From assembly GCA_028023455.1 (NCBI GenBank), contig JAQFVV010000010.1:6882001-6946000 (forward strand): a DNA stretch of 64,000 nt, given 5' to 3'. Both the position numbers and the translations under genes were made by a program. Source of the DNA: Epiperipatus broadwayi (Eukaryota > Animalia > Onychophora). Each line of letters starts with the position of its first letter. Within the stretch, counting starts at the first letter, position 1. This document shows positions 14,095 through 26,491 of the stretch, in pieces. A model generated the notes under the pieces. The model saw only the letters and a list, made by a program, of their open reading frames with translations. It ran no database searches and was not told the origin of the DNA.

Positions 14095-14765
14095 TTGGTG
14101 TTTGTCTGAAGGTTTGTGATGCTGATATTTTAGTAGTAATTATATATTGGATTATTCCATTTTTCCATTGCCTAATATTAAATATTGAATGTATTTAAGA
14201 AAATTTAAACTTTCAAAGACATTCAACTGTTAGCAATAGCACACACATTAGTAAATAATACAACATTTAGAGAGACAATTTTTATCTTTTCTTCAAGTGT
14301 TGCTGACTGACCAGTGATAGTACTAACATGGGAATCGAACCCGGACCTTTAAATTCATGAATATTGAATTAAGGATAACATTTTAACTAACTGAGTTATT
14401 CTGACAAAGGCCACAGGCGAAGGAATTGCATATAACTGTCTCTGAGGGTTCTAATTTCTCAACTATTTCTTAAGAGCAATGATTAATTAGTGGCTTCCAA
14501 ATATAACTTATGGGGGTTTTGCCATTGTTATGTGAGCAGCTTCTTTGAATTTTCTTCTATGTATTTTTTCCTCTCTATCCAATATTTTTGCATTTTACCA
14601 AATGAACATTTGTTCATTTGTACATACATGGTCTGTTTTTTTAGATATGCCCATTATTTTTTTGTCTAATCATCAGTATGTTCTTTCAATCACTCTTCAA
14701 AAGAACAACTGGTCTCAATAATATATATCTTTAACACATTTACATGGTATTTCATGCAAAAACCT
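14095..14765 (-). mobile_element. Inverted copy of the Penelope 3' end (GIY-YIG C-terminus + pLTR + tail)
   Basis: Reverse complement reads HEIPCKC...NAKILDREEKIHRRKFKEAAHITMAK, then the same 3' repeat as 17685-17916, plus about 40 nt of extra tail (caaaccttcagacaaacaccaac) also seen at 54540 and 47925. Confidence 0.85.
14325..14405 (-). ncRNA. tRNA-Lys-like Pol III box A/B segment inside the Penelope pLTR (family P1); not a functional tRNA
   Basis: Reverse complement gtcagaataactcagttagttaaa...aaaggtccgggttcgattccc has a box-A-like motif and box B GGTTCGATTCC. Homologous copies at 17691-17770 (+) and about 43930-43985 (+). No matching 3' acceptor stem. Confidence 0.6.
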
Positions 14766-14769
14766 TCAA

Positions 14770-17700
14770 TTCATTCCCAGAGAGCTTAGAAAATTCCTGA
14801 GAATGCAAGTGAGACACTGTTTAAAAAAAAAAAATGCTCAAAGCTTTTTTTAAGTATCAAATCTTGCATTCCACTGATAATGTAGAACGTTTTCTAAAAA
14901 AATAAACTTACTGATGAAGACTTCACAAGAGTTTCTCAAGCAGTAAAAAGATCATAATATAAATTACATGAAAAAATAAAAGAATATCGGAAAAAACTTA
15001 TAAACCCTACATGGGCATATCAAAAATCATACTCTACCAAACAACTTACCAGTTTCATCAGTTCAAAATCTTAGTTCTAAATATCTAACTTATGCTAAAA
15101 TTTCTGTTTTGGAAAAAGAATTAAACTTTGCCATAATGTCATTTAATATCCTTTTATCAGTAATGACATTAACTGTTTATACTTTTTTTATACGGAATGT
15201 AATAAATGGAATAAGTGCACTTACATTCAACTATAGAGAAGCTTGTTATTTCTATAAATTAAACATAGTTTAGCGCTTTTGAGAACTTATAATGTTCTCA
15301 TATTCACAGTAAGATGAAACAGAATTAGATACAATGGAAGAAGTCACTGAAAAATTGCTTCTAGAAGAAAGTATCAGAATTAGGCTGGAGAAAAAAAAGC
15401 CACTTGAGACATCAAAAACTGAAACCAAACATTTCATATGCTGAGAGGAAAACTATTAATATTCTCAAACTAAACAACTCTATAATTTTTTTTTCTGCTA
15501 TTAAAGGCAATGCTACAGCTGTAATGAATACAACTAATTATGATAATAAAATATGAGCTTTTCATGCAGATCAAGACAAAAAAGTTGATATGAGTACAGA
15601 AACAAAGTTACAAGCATTATTCAAGAAGTATCATAGATATTTCAGTGATTTAAAAAAAGGTAAATTAACATTATATTTCAATATAATTCCTCATCTTTAT
15701 AGTCCATCTAAAATCCATAAGGACCATGTTCTATTAGGGTCTAATATTAGTACTAGAAATTGACATTGTCAAAATATCTTCTCAACGTTCTTAATTCTTT
15801 GGCATACCAGACAAAATCCTTTGTCAGGGATTCTGAGCATTTTATAGAATTAATCAAAAACAAGAAAATTAAAAGAAATAATATATTGATAAGAAAAAGA
15901 TTAAATGATAATATTAGCATAAAAACCAGATTAACTCTTCCTATTGATAATATAATCGAACTATTAATATTCTGCATAACAACAATATACATTTAATACA
16001 ACACAGAATTCTTCCAACAAAATTAAGGGATAGTTATGTGGTCACCACTGTCACACCTGATAACAACACTGATATGAAAAAACAAACCACAACCATAAAT
16101 ACTACTCCATATCCATCTAAAGTTTGGCTCCGCTACGCTGATGATACATTTGTTGTATGGCCATATTGTGAAACATTATTATAAACTTTCAGGACACATA
16201 TCAACAACATATCCCCTTCAATTAAATTCACAATAGAATCAGAACAAAAACAAAAATTGGCATTCTTAGTCATTCATGTGATAAGATTCCCTCATGGCAA
16301 AACTAAATCTACATACATAACTAAATATTTAGCATATACTTCTAATCACACCAGAAATGCAAAGCAAGGAGTTATACTACTAGTATGATCAGGACAAAAG
16401 TAGTTTGTTCCGAAACCTGTGATTGAAGGGGGATCTACATAGAACATACTAAGGAAGAATGGTTATCCATCAACTGTCATTATAAATACCTTAAATAGAC
16501 AACAAAAAGAAACGTTGAAAGAAATAACAATTATTAGTACTATAGTGTATCCATCCATACTCAAAAATAATAGAACAACTAAAAAAAATCTGCAATCAAT
16601 ATAATACCAGAATAGCTTTCCAAAGCCATATCACATTATAAGAAATTTTAACATCTACAAAATCTAAACTTGAAATGCTGAAGAACAAAAACTGCATCTA
16701 TGAAATACTATGTGTAGAAGAGTAAATACCAGAGTCACATTTTCCTTTTTGAAAAGGAATTGAAATAACACCAAACTGTGAAGATTAGAAAAGAGAAAAT
16801 AGAAATCTCTCAAATAGGGACCATGCATGTACCAATGAACATATGTTCAATTGATAAAATACGAAATATTGGACAGAAAAAAAAAGTATTATCATTGTGG
16901 AACAGTGCAAAAGAAATTTGTCCAGAAAGCAGAAAAAGAAAATATCTATAGAAAGCAAACTCTCATGAAGAATAGTTATCCATCTGCTGCCATTAAAAAA
17001 ACCTTAAATAGACAAAGAAATGAAACATCAAAAGAAAAAACAATTATTGATACTGTAGAGTATTTATACATATCAAAAATAACAGACAAACTAAAGAAAA
17101 TCTGCAATCAATATTACATCAGAATAGATTTCCAAAGCCATGTCATACTGCAAGGTATACTAACATTTACAAAACCTAAACTTGAAATACTGAAAAATAA
17201 AAACTGGATCTATGAATGTGGAAAGATGGGTATTGGTGAGACCAGTCGCCCCATTGAAAATTGAAAGAGCTAAAAACTGATGATTAAAAAAGAGAAAATA
17301 GAAAAATCTAAAGTAGTAGAACATTTATGTACAAATGAAGCATATATTTCCAATTCCTCAACAAGCTTGATGAGGAATTGGCAATCCTCATTGTTTATAT
17401 CTTACAAGCTTGAGATAATTGGGTCATGTGATCTATGACTCTTATTTTGACTATTTAAAGCATATATTTGATTGGAAAAATACAAAAATACTGAGTAGAG
17501 AGGAAAGTATAAAAAAGAAACTTTAAAGAGGCTGCTTACATGACAATGGCAAATAGTTCTATAAGTCAACCTAGTATGATAATACATAATGTCTGGAACC
17601 AATTAATTAACCTTGCTTTTAAGAAAAAGTGGAGAAATCAGGAAGACTCTCATAGATAAGAATATGAAATGTCTAGTAATTGTTGCCTTTGTCAGAATAG

Positions 17701-17916
17701 CTCAGTTGGTTAAAATGTTATCTATATTTCAGTATTCAAAAATCTAAAGATCAATATTCAATTTCCATGCTAGTACTGTTATTGGTCAGGCTACTAATCG
17801 GCGTGCTGTTACTACCAGTTGAATGTATTTGCAAAGTTTAAATACAGTTTAAATATTTTTAAAGAGATTCAATATTTAATATTAGATGATGGCAATAGTC
17901 CAATATATAATTACTA
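14770..17916 (+). mobile_element. Degenerate Penelope-like element (RT + GIY-YIG endonuclease) with 3' pLTR
   Basis: Frameshifted or stop-interrupted PLE motifs in order: NLSSKYLT..ISVLEKELNFA, IKGNATAVMN, LYSPSKIHKDHV, KSFVRDSEHFIE, WLRYADDTFVVW, IKFTIESEQ, then GIY-YIG-like KNKN(C/W)IYE..GIGETSRP and WKNTKILSREE..RNFKEAAY. A non-coding 3' repeat follows at 17685-17916. Confidence 0.9.
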
Positions 17917-18087
17917 TTTTATCTAATATCTATATAATTGCCATAAAATTCATTATCTGAAGCTTCATAGAAAAGCAAGTAAAATATATTCAATTTTGTT
18001 TTTTAAAAAAATCAAAGTTTGTATAATGTAATAATTGATATCCTTTTATTTATCTCATTATATTATTATATTTATTACTAATCTTAC

Positions 18088-18164
18088 CAGTCATGTGATC
18101 CCAAAACAGACAGACTGATTGGCGTATTTCCATTCTTATCTTTCGCATTGACATTGGCTTTCCT
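18088..18164 (-). CDS. Ankyrin-repeat protein exon
   Basis: Acceptor atattttag|, donor |gtaaga. 77 nt, phase 0-2: RKANVNAKDKNGNTPISLSVLGSHD(C). Confidence 0.92.
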
Positions 18165-20500
18165 CTAAAATATATATACATTTGTATTTACATATTAAAT
18201 TGATTAAAGATTGCAATATATTATAAATGTAACTTAGAGTACAGATATTACAAAATATTTGTGAGATTTAATATGATGATGAAAACATTAATACATTCAT
18301 AAACTTGTTTGATTAAAAAAGTTTTGAAAGTATTTTAATAAAAAAAACTTAATATAATCGTGCCATCAGATTACTATATATACTTGGATAGCTACATCAC
18401 CTTAAAATATTCATCTCTACACCCACAAATTAATTTGTAGTCACAATGATAAATGCTGTAATGATGGCAAGATGTCAATTTTGTTAAGTGTAATCCACAT
18501 TAACATAAATAACACAAATGATTACAAGTCTACTCGTGGCCTTATAACACTAAAACTTTTATTTGTAACTCTTTTAACAGAAATAAATCATTTTTAATTA
18601 TGAAATAATGCTTATGAGAAAATGCAGTAATAGTACATATCAATACATATGTTAAAGACAGAGATACTAGCAACTAATATAAAAATGTCATATCTCTCTA
18701 GATAAATAAGAACAAATCAATCTGTACAACTCAGAAATAACTATTCAAATTTATATATTATGTACAAGGCTTATGTTAATGACAATCACAGTTCATAGAC
18801 TATCAGTCAAGTCTCTAATACATCAATAACTCACATGATCCATTTGCTTGTACGTGATTATTATGGTATATTTAATATCATTGGATTTGTAGAGATGTCA
18901 ATTCCAATAATTATTATATAATACTTTTTTTTTTTTCCAAATTCATTTATATCTTATTTGAGGTCCATAAAACTATTTATTAAAATCATCATAATAAGTA
19001 AAATCATAAATATTTATTTAAAAATAGCTGTTTGGTATCTTGGGAAAAAAATATACATTGTATATCATCAGATAAATCTGGTTTTGGATTTATCATGGAC
19101 AATGAAAATGTTTAACTAAAGTATATCCTACAGTGCTGCTATAGATATTCTTTTAGTAATTATGTTAAACTTACTTATTTGTTGTTATTCTTTTCAATAT
19201 TGTTTGTAATAAATTGGCAATTTAAACTCACTTATACAACTATGATACAAGTATCAATCTAGAATAAAACTTTTCAATTATCACACTTTTAATACTTTGA
19301 TTAAAAGTCTTATAAAATAAATACATGTAAGAGTTCAAAAATTTCCAAGGATGATTAAGACATCTACATCAGAACTCTACTGATTAGATATCTTATCCAT
19401 GCTAAATTTTAATCTTCTTATCTCAGAAATACGGAGTATTTTTTATTCAACATTTGAAATTGCTATATTTCTCTATGTGAATAATCAGACTCAGTGATGT
19501 CTTTTTAATATTAAAAAATGGCCACTATCATATCATTTTAAATTTTTCTTTCTTTTATCCAAAAGCTGTTGCAATGATTTCATCACATGCTTTTTCTTTC
19601 AATGCAATCAATTTGAACATTTTTTATTTTACTTTTATTCAATACTAGATCGTTTACAAATAGATTTGGATTTTCATAAGCACATTAGAATCAAAATTCA
19701 ACACCCCCCATAAATTTTGAGTTACGTCAAGGTTAAAAATAAAAGTTTAAAATATCTAACGAACTGTTTTATAATGTTTAGATTGTATTATTTTTAGATT
19801 TTAACCATAATTACACTAAGTATCAATAGCATCAAATGCTAAAGAACAACAGAAGTCTCATAAATAATATTCATTCTTTTATTCATTAATGATTTTTAAT
19901 ATTTATAATAAACTTTTTCTTTTAAAAACATTATGTCTGTGATATTTGGTTTTATAGTTTGTTGTAGATATCAAAAATTGAGAATAGCAATAGAAAATAT
20001 TTAAACACAAGACTAAAGTTTTATCACAATCATGCTTGGATTTTAAAAATTGCTGAATTTTCCATAGTCAAATTAATGGTATTGTTAGTGTAATATAAAT
20101 AGTAAATTATGATATAGATTTTTAAGAAAAAAACATTCAATACTTTTCATTATATTGCATTTCCATATATAATAAATACTACAATTAAAAAAAAAAAAAG
20201 TTTAAATTTTGTTTTATATAATATTTTTTTAAAAATGTTGTATAAGTTACATTTAAACTATTCTTTTTTTTTTTTTTACCAGTTATAGCATTTATTTAAT
20301 ATATGATGTATGTGTGAAATATTATCATTACATTATTTGTTTACCCCTTTCTCCAAACATTTTCCCCCCATTATTCTATTTTTCAAGCATTATACATGTC
20401 ACATTCCTGATGACCATCAATCTAATTTATTCTTATTACAGTTTTTTTTTATCTTTTAAAGAATCTTCTATTTTGTCTTTCATAATTTTTTTACTTCTAC

Positions 20501-20740
20501 ATATGATCACCATTTCTTATGCTTGCTTATAACTGTTATTAAAACATAAGATCCCAAGATCTGGGTGCAGTGCTGTCATATCCAAGGCTCCTCACTGACG
20601 AAGGCCACAAGCCAGAAACTAGTCAGGGGATATTGGATGAGTAGGCACTAGATAACTATTTTATGCACAAGTTTTCTGGCATCCATTGATTACTCTAGCT
20701 TGCACTGAGTGGCAATACGTATAGAGAGTTTTCCCTGTTT
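20501..20740 (+). mobile_element. Family B PLE-type mini-element with hammerhead-like motif
   Basis: Inverted tail stub 20501-20548, then sense copy with CTGACGA-a-ggc-cacaa-gcc-a-GAAA-ctagtc at 20595-20624. Homologous to 45990-46187. Confidence 0.8.
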
Positions 20741-20749
20741 TTTTTTTTT

Positions 20750-22320
20750 ACTTCTATCAATCTACTTAATAATTTTCTCCAATAAATTTTTTTTATTTAA
20801 TATTTTTATATTGCGAAACTTCATCCTTATGACATAATTATCCCCAATTTCTTTCTCTTTCTTTTTTTTTTCACCATGTGAAGCAACTCTTCCAAGAAAA
20901 TATTTATTACATCTAATTTCCTACTTGTCATAAAAGTTTGTTCAACTATATTTTTAAGTCATTACTTCCCCATCATAAGTTCATAAACTCACTAAATACT
21001 TATAAGCAATAATCTGCTCTGTAGCTCAATTCCTCCTAAATTTAAATTTGTCCTAAACATTCTCCAAACTTCATTAATTGTACTTAACAATTTATAATGC
21101 TCATTTTTGATATCTGTATGCAGTGATGGAACAGCGAAAAATGTAAAGCAATGAACTTTCCAATCTTATAAAAGTATCATATTCATTTGGCATTCCATAT
21201 AAATAAATAATAATAAATCAGGAGATAAAATATTTCTTTATTACATTCCTCCTTATATTTATTTCTTCTATGAAAAGGCCTTTTATTCTTACAAACATCT
21301 TTTAACTAGATACAAATTTTTTAAGGTCATTTCTGCTTACAATCAATATATTTCTTTTTTACAATTTATCCAAATCACTTCAAACACTTTTTAGCAAAAC
21401 TCTTTATTTGTACATATATATACACCTACGTTTCGACTGACCGACTGCAGATCAGTTGAAACGTAGGTGTATATATATATATACAAATAAAGAGTTTTGC
21501 TAAAAAGTGTTTGAAGTGGTTCGGATAAATTGTATTTGTAGGATATTACGGCAAAAATAAAGAAAAGTGTGATTTTGGTAATATTTATTTTTAAAATATT
21601 CAATCAAAATCAATGAAATAAATATTAACCTTCCATATCATTCTATAGAACTCAATGATAATTATTACTCCAATAATATATCTTTTCTTTCTCTATTTTT
21701 TTAAACTTCTCTATGTAAAAAAAAATATATTCAATCAATTATAATTTATCTAATTAACATTTAACAGCAATACCTCAGCTAAAATAAAATTAAACTTGCT
21801 GTTGTAAAATTTATTATATTCTACAGCATTCCTTATACCAAATAAATAATACTCTTAAATCCCCCCTCCTCTCCCTTCTTCCACAATATTACTAGAATTT
21901 TACCACTTCCCTGTATTTTAGTCTTTGTATCACCTATAGCTTTATCAACTACAGTTTCATTATCACACAAACTTATTTCACTTCTGTCTACTTTACTTTC
22001 TTTTACTATGAAATTGAGTGAGAGCCTCTTATTTTTGTTATATTATATCAATTGTATATTCTTTTCAATACTTCTATCCCCTTTGCTTAAAATTTACCAT
22101 TCTGTCATTTAATTGCCATTTCATTTAGGTAATTTTACTCTTCTGACCAGATTGTTGATTGAGCTATATACTGTATACTAAATCATATCAACTTTTTCTT
22201 CACAATTTTTCTGACTCTTTATATTTAATTTTCTAATTTTATCAGGTACATATATCAATATATTATTTAGCTTTCTATACATCCTTCTATTTTCTTTACT
22301 TTGTATTGGATTACAAAATA
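20750..22320 (-). mobile_element. Highly decayed LINE-like tract interrupted by the 21360 hairpin
   Basis: Pyrimidine-rich plus strand (purine-rich minus strand) with endonuclease-like fragments; no intact motif. Confidence 0.3.
21360..21534. repeat. Fold-back (about 75-bp arms) containing the 3' half of a hammerhead (helix II-GAAACGTA)
   Basis: tacaatttatcc...cacctacgtttcgactga / tcagttgaaacgtaggtg...ggataaattgta; AATAAA follows the motif. Confidence 0.88.
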
Positions 22321-22326
22321 AGTTAT

Positions 22327-22870
22327 TGCTGTGTACAGCCACCATGAATACTACAATCGGGGATAAAGGTGGTCAGACCAACAAAAATAAAAGGAATTCG
22401 GAAATAAAGTTTTATAACTAAATACTGGCTTATTTTCCATAAGTTACTAATAATAAAGATTTACTAACATGCTTAATATATTTACAATTTATACATATCA
22501 ATAATATTACTTACGAAATGCCAATGAGGCATACGTAAATTATAATAAAGCCGATGTGGTAGTCCCTAGGTCCACTTTTGGTATCGTCGGTGATGGAGTT
22601 CACTAGGTCCCTCCATAGTCCTCATTAAACTCAGTTACTTTGTATCTTCTCTAGTATGAGCAGTTCTCACATACGAGTGTATGTAAAAAGACCTCGATTT
22701 TCCTTCAAGTTTTTATATATTTCCAAGTAATGTGGAATGTTCTAGAAAATAACTAATTATAATTGTTCTTTATCTTTTAATTAATCACTTTCCAATCTGG
22801 TAACACTTAACATTTATTTTATCTCTAATTAACCTATTTCTTTGAGTTCTAAATATATACATATAAAGCA
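22327..22870. mobile_element. Solo LTR (about 545 bp), related to 13446-14035
   Basis: Starts tgctgtgtacag, ends atataaagca; flanks gttat/attat (1 mismatch). Shares blocks such as ttacttacgaa..gaggcatacg and cctaggtc..gttcactagg with the 13.4-kb copy. Confidence 0.62.
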
Positions 22871-24200
22871 ATTATATTACGTTTATGTATAATGTCCTCA
22901 TATGGTAATAGTAGCACATATACTTCCAATGTCCACATCAGGTAAAGCCTTTTTATTTTCTTCAGGTTCTAAGCAAGCTTAGAATTTTTCTTTCGAGATA
23001 ACAGGTCAATGGATAACAGTTAATTAATAAATATTAGTCAGTAAATGGTATTCAACTATTCATAACTAGCAAGTAAAGAAGGATGGAAAATAATCTTCAT
23101 CATCTAGAAAATGGAAAGCCTGGTGAGAAAGCCTTTTTTTCACTGTTACCCTATAAAGTCCATATATTATATGACACTACCTCATGGTAAAGGCTAATCA
23201 ATTAATGACAATTCATTATTTTTGTAGAAATGTAAACATCTTAGTCCAAGAAATATCTGAAGACTATTTTCTTTCCAAACATTTCTCTATTTATGTAATA
23301 ATTTTTCAAAATTATAAAAGTATATAGTATATACTGTATTCATAAATTTCCTATACTATATAATGTCGTACTAATATTTCTAATAAAAGGATATTACAAA
23401 TGTCTTGTTATAAATTATAAAAATTCCCACCTTTGTTATTCATATAGTAAATAGTTACTTTTTAACATTATTTTTAAATATAAAAAAATTACATTATACA
23501 ATAATTAATTTTTTAACTTATGAGTATATAATTTAAAATAATGATATGCATTTTATTTAATTAGCAATTAATTCTAAGATTAATTTAGATGTTATCATAA
23601 TTGATAATTCTTGAAAAATAAACAGCAATTAACAATTTCAAAAACATCCAAAAGAATTTTAATTTAATTACTTACAGGTAAAAAGCAAATTAATTGCTTT
23701 AAATTATATGCTTATTTTAAAGTTATATTTGTCATTATAGGTATAGCAAATATATACATTTGAAATATAAAAAAAAAAATCTATTTTGCCTTTTGTACCA
23801 GTATTTTATAGATATAGCTCTTTGTGTACAAAAAATATAATAATATTAGCTGTGCAGAAATTTAATGAGTTAATCTGCTTAAATGCAAGATGTTACTGAA
23901 TTTATGAATCTGTAAAATCATTTGCATCTAAGCTTATGCGAATAACAAATTTATTAGCAATAAATAAATAGTTGCATTTGTTTTCTTTGATATTTGAGTT
24001 AATCTAATAAGAACTTTAATGTTTTCTTTTAATTAAAAAACTCGGTCATTTACATTAGATTTCTCAAGTTTTTTTGTTTTCACAAACTGTACATCAACTA
24101 TCATATCATCTCCCACAGACACTAACTCTCTCCTACACACACATATATGTATAAAAAAATTAATATGTTTAATAATTTAGCTATATGATAAAAATACTAC

Positions 24201-24360
24201 CTGAATAAGATGCATACAACAAATATAAGCTCCTCGAAAAGATGCCAGATGAAGAGGGGTTTGCCCAAAACTATCGGGTTCATCAATTCGTTGATTCTTC
24301 ATTGCATTCGTAAGAAGGGAACATATTTCAATAGGATCAAGCAATGAATCATTTCTATGT
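24201..24360 (-). CDS. Ankyrin-repeat protein exon
   Basis: Acceptor ttttcacttag|, donor CAG|gtagta. 160 nt, phase 2-0: HRNDSLLDPIEICSLLTNAMKNQRIDEPDSFGQTPLHLASFRGAYICCMHLIQ. Confidence 0.93.
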
Positions 24361-24985
24361 CTAAGTGAAAAAAAAATAAGACATGTATTAGTAATATTAA
24401 TTAAATTAATACAAGAAACATTTATTATTGCAATAAATTATATTATGATTTACTGCAGGAGCTTGCTTCATGAAGTAAATTTTCATCTCTTCATTTTAAT
24501 TTTCATATTAAAAAGCTAATGATTTCACTATAAACTAAAATGCATTGATTACTCAATGCTTATATAAATTTTTGAATAAAAGCAAATATTATTATATAGT
24601 TCTAAATAAATTTATATATATATATATACATTTTAAAACTGGATGAGAAAATCAAGTCAATTGCTTTAGTTTATTTATTTAGAAAAAGAAAAATATATTA
24701 AATGAGTGAAAGAATTCACAAAGTCTTTCATGATTTGTGAAACAAATCATGAAAGCAATATTTTGTTATATTTATTAGACTGATGGACAGATATTTGGAA
24801 ATTCGATTTTGCCATAAAAATTTGGTAGTAAATAGAAAATAATTATGAAATTGAATTTTGTTTATTCAAAATTTCAATTTTAAAACAAAGCCAAATAATG
24901 TTTTATTGCTTTTGGAATACGTTGGGGATTGAATTTATTCAACTTAACAAAACTATTATTTATTAAGTTATTTTATCACTTTTTG

Positions 24986-25612
24986 TAATACATTAAATAT
25001 CAGCCTTTTCAAGCTATTGTGCATGCGCTTTTTACGAGTGTTAATAATAAATGAATACTTTCATTCCCAACACAAGATATAGTATTTATGAAAAAGAATA
25101 AAATGAATCCACTTATTCTTTCCAACCCAAATGCTTATGTATGGGAATGAAAGTATTCATTTATTATTAACACTCGCAAAAAGCGCATGCACAATAGCTT
25201 GAAAAGGCTGATCTTTAATGTATTACAATTTATAAAAAACATAGCGCTATAAAAATAAATGCTTATTTACATATGTTTAAGTTTCATTTTGAGAGTGATG
25301 TTTAGTAAATTCTAGATAATTTTGTCGACGTCATTCATTCAGACATCGAAAACAGTAATTTAAAGTGAGTGGTCTATCCTCATGCTTTCATTTCCAGTAC
25401 TTAAGATTTGCTCATATATAAGCATTTGGGTTGGAAAGAATAAGTGGATTCATTTTATTCTTTCATAAATACTATATCTTGTGTTGGGAATGAAAGTATT
25501 CATTTATTATAAACACTCGTAAAAAGCGCATGCACAATAGCTTGAAAAGGCTGACCTTTAACGTATTACAATTTATAAAAAACATAGTGCTATAAAAATA
25601 AATGCTTATTTC
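24986..25612. mobile_element. Young PLE-architecture mini-element: inverted arm + 343-bp-period partial tandem + about 42-nt tail, 10-bp TSD
   Basis: 24985-25138 is the reverse complement of 25418-25570. Direct copies start at 25143 and 25486. TSD tcactttttg at 24976-24985 and 25613-25622. CpGs are intact. Confidence 0.88.
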
Positions 25613-26088
25613 TCACTTTTTGGAAATATTTTATAACAGAAATATTTTAGAAAATGATTAAACTTTCAACATGTAAGTTTTTACAAAATAGATGGCTTCT
25701 TACATCATTGATGAATCTGCATGAGAAGTAAATCATAAGGCAAAAATAAAATAATGTGAAGGAGAAAAATAAAATTTTAAAAATAAAGTTATATGTCAAA
25801 AAGAAAGAAAGAAAAAAATTCTTAATTGTTTTAGCAAAGAGTAAACACTGTATTAAGTCATAATCATAATATAAAAAAAACTTAGTTTTATTGTGATTTT
25901 TTTTTACTCCAATGAAATCCAGTTAAATAACTTCCAGCCATTAAAATAACTTTTAGATTTTTTTTCAGTTAAAAAAAAAAAGACATTAAATCAAGTTTAA
26001 TTCTTTTAATTTTCAAATTAATAAGCTCTAAAAGAATTCATGTAGTTTAAAAAACTAAAGCAACATTAATACAAAGCAAACATTAAGA

Positions 26089-26491
26089 CAGGGGTCCCCA
26101 ACCCTATACCCGCGGGCACGCACCATGGTGCCGCGCAGACCATTTTACGTGTGCCCACCGCTATCTGAACACGATAAAAAATTATTTATCTGATACAAAT
26201 AAATTTAATTTTTAAAATTTCTTATAAATTATTGTATTATATTGTAATCAAATTGTAGGGCATACTATACTTTTACATCGTAAAAATATAAACATTAATT
26301 ATAAGTTAAAATTTTATTTTTGAAATAAATATTTTTTTGTACATTATGTGTATTATTAACAATATTCAACTATAAATTTACATTGAAAAAATACATGGTG
26401 CTCGCCACCTGGTTGAAAAAATAAATGGTGCCCGCCACCTGGCTGGTATTACAGAATGTGCTCTTAAGTGCAAAAACGTTGGGGACCCCTG
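26089..26491. mobile_element. hAT (Charlie-type) MITE
   Basis: TIR CAGGGGTCCCCAAC / GTTGGGGACCCCTG; 8-bp TSD cattaaga on both sides; subterminal ggtgcccgccacctgg repeats. Confidence 0.93.

Noticed and set aside
17691-17770. tRNA gene
   Set aside because: No complementary acceptor stem, an inserted and degenerate anticodon region, and it is embedded in a repeat; treated as a tRNA-derived segment only.
24240-24280. Apparent hammerhead cagatga-agagggg-tttg-ccc-aaaa-ctatc on the plus strand
   Set aside because: It is the antisense of ankyrin codons (DSFGQTPLHLA) in exon 24201-24360; a chance resemblance.
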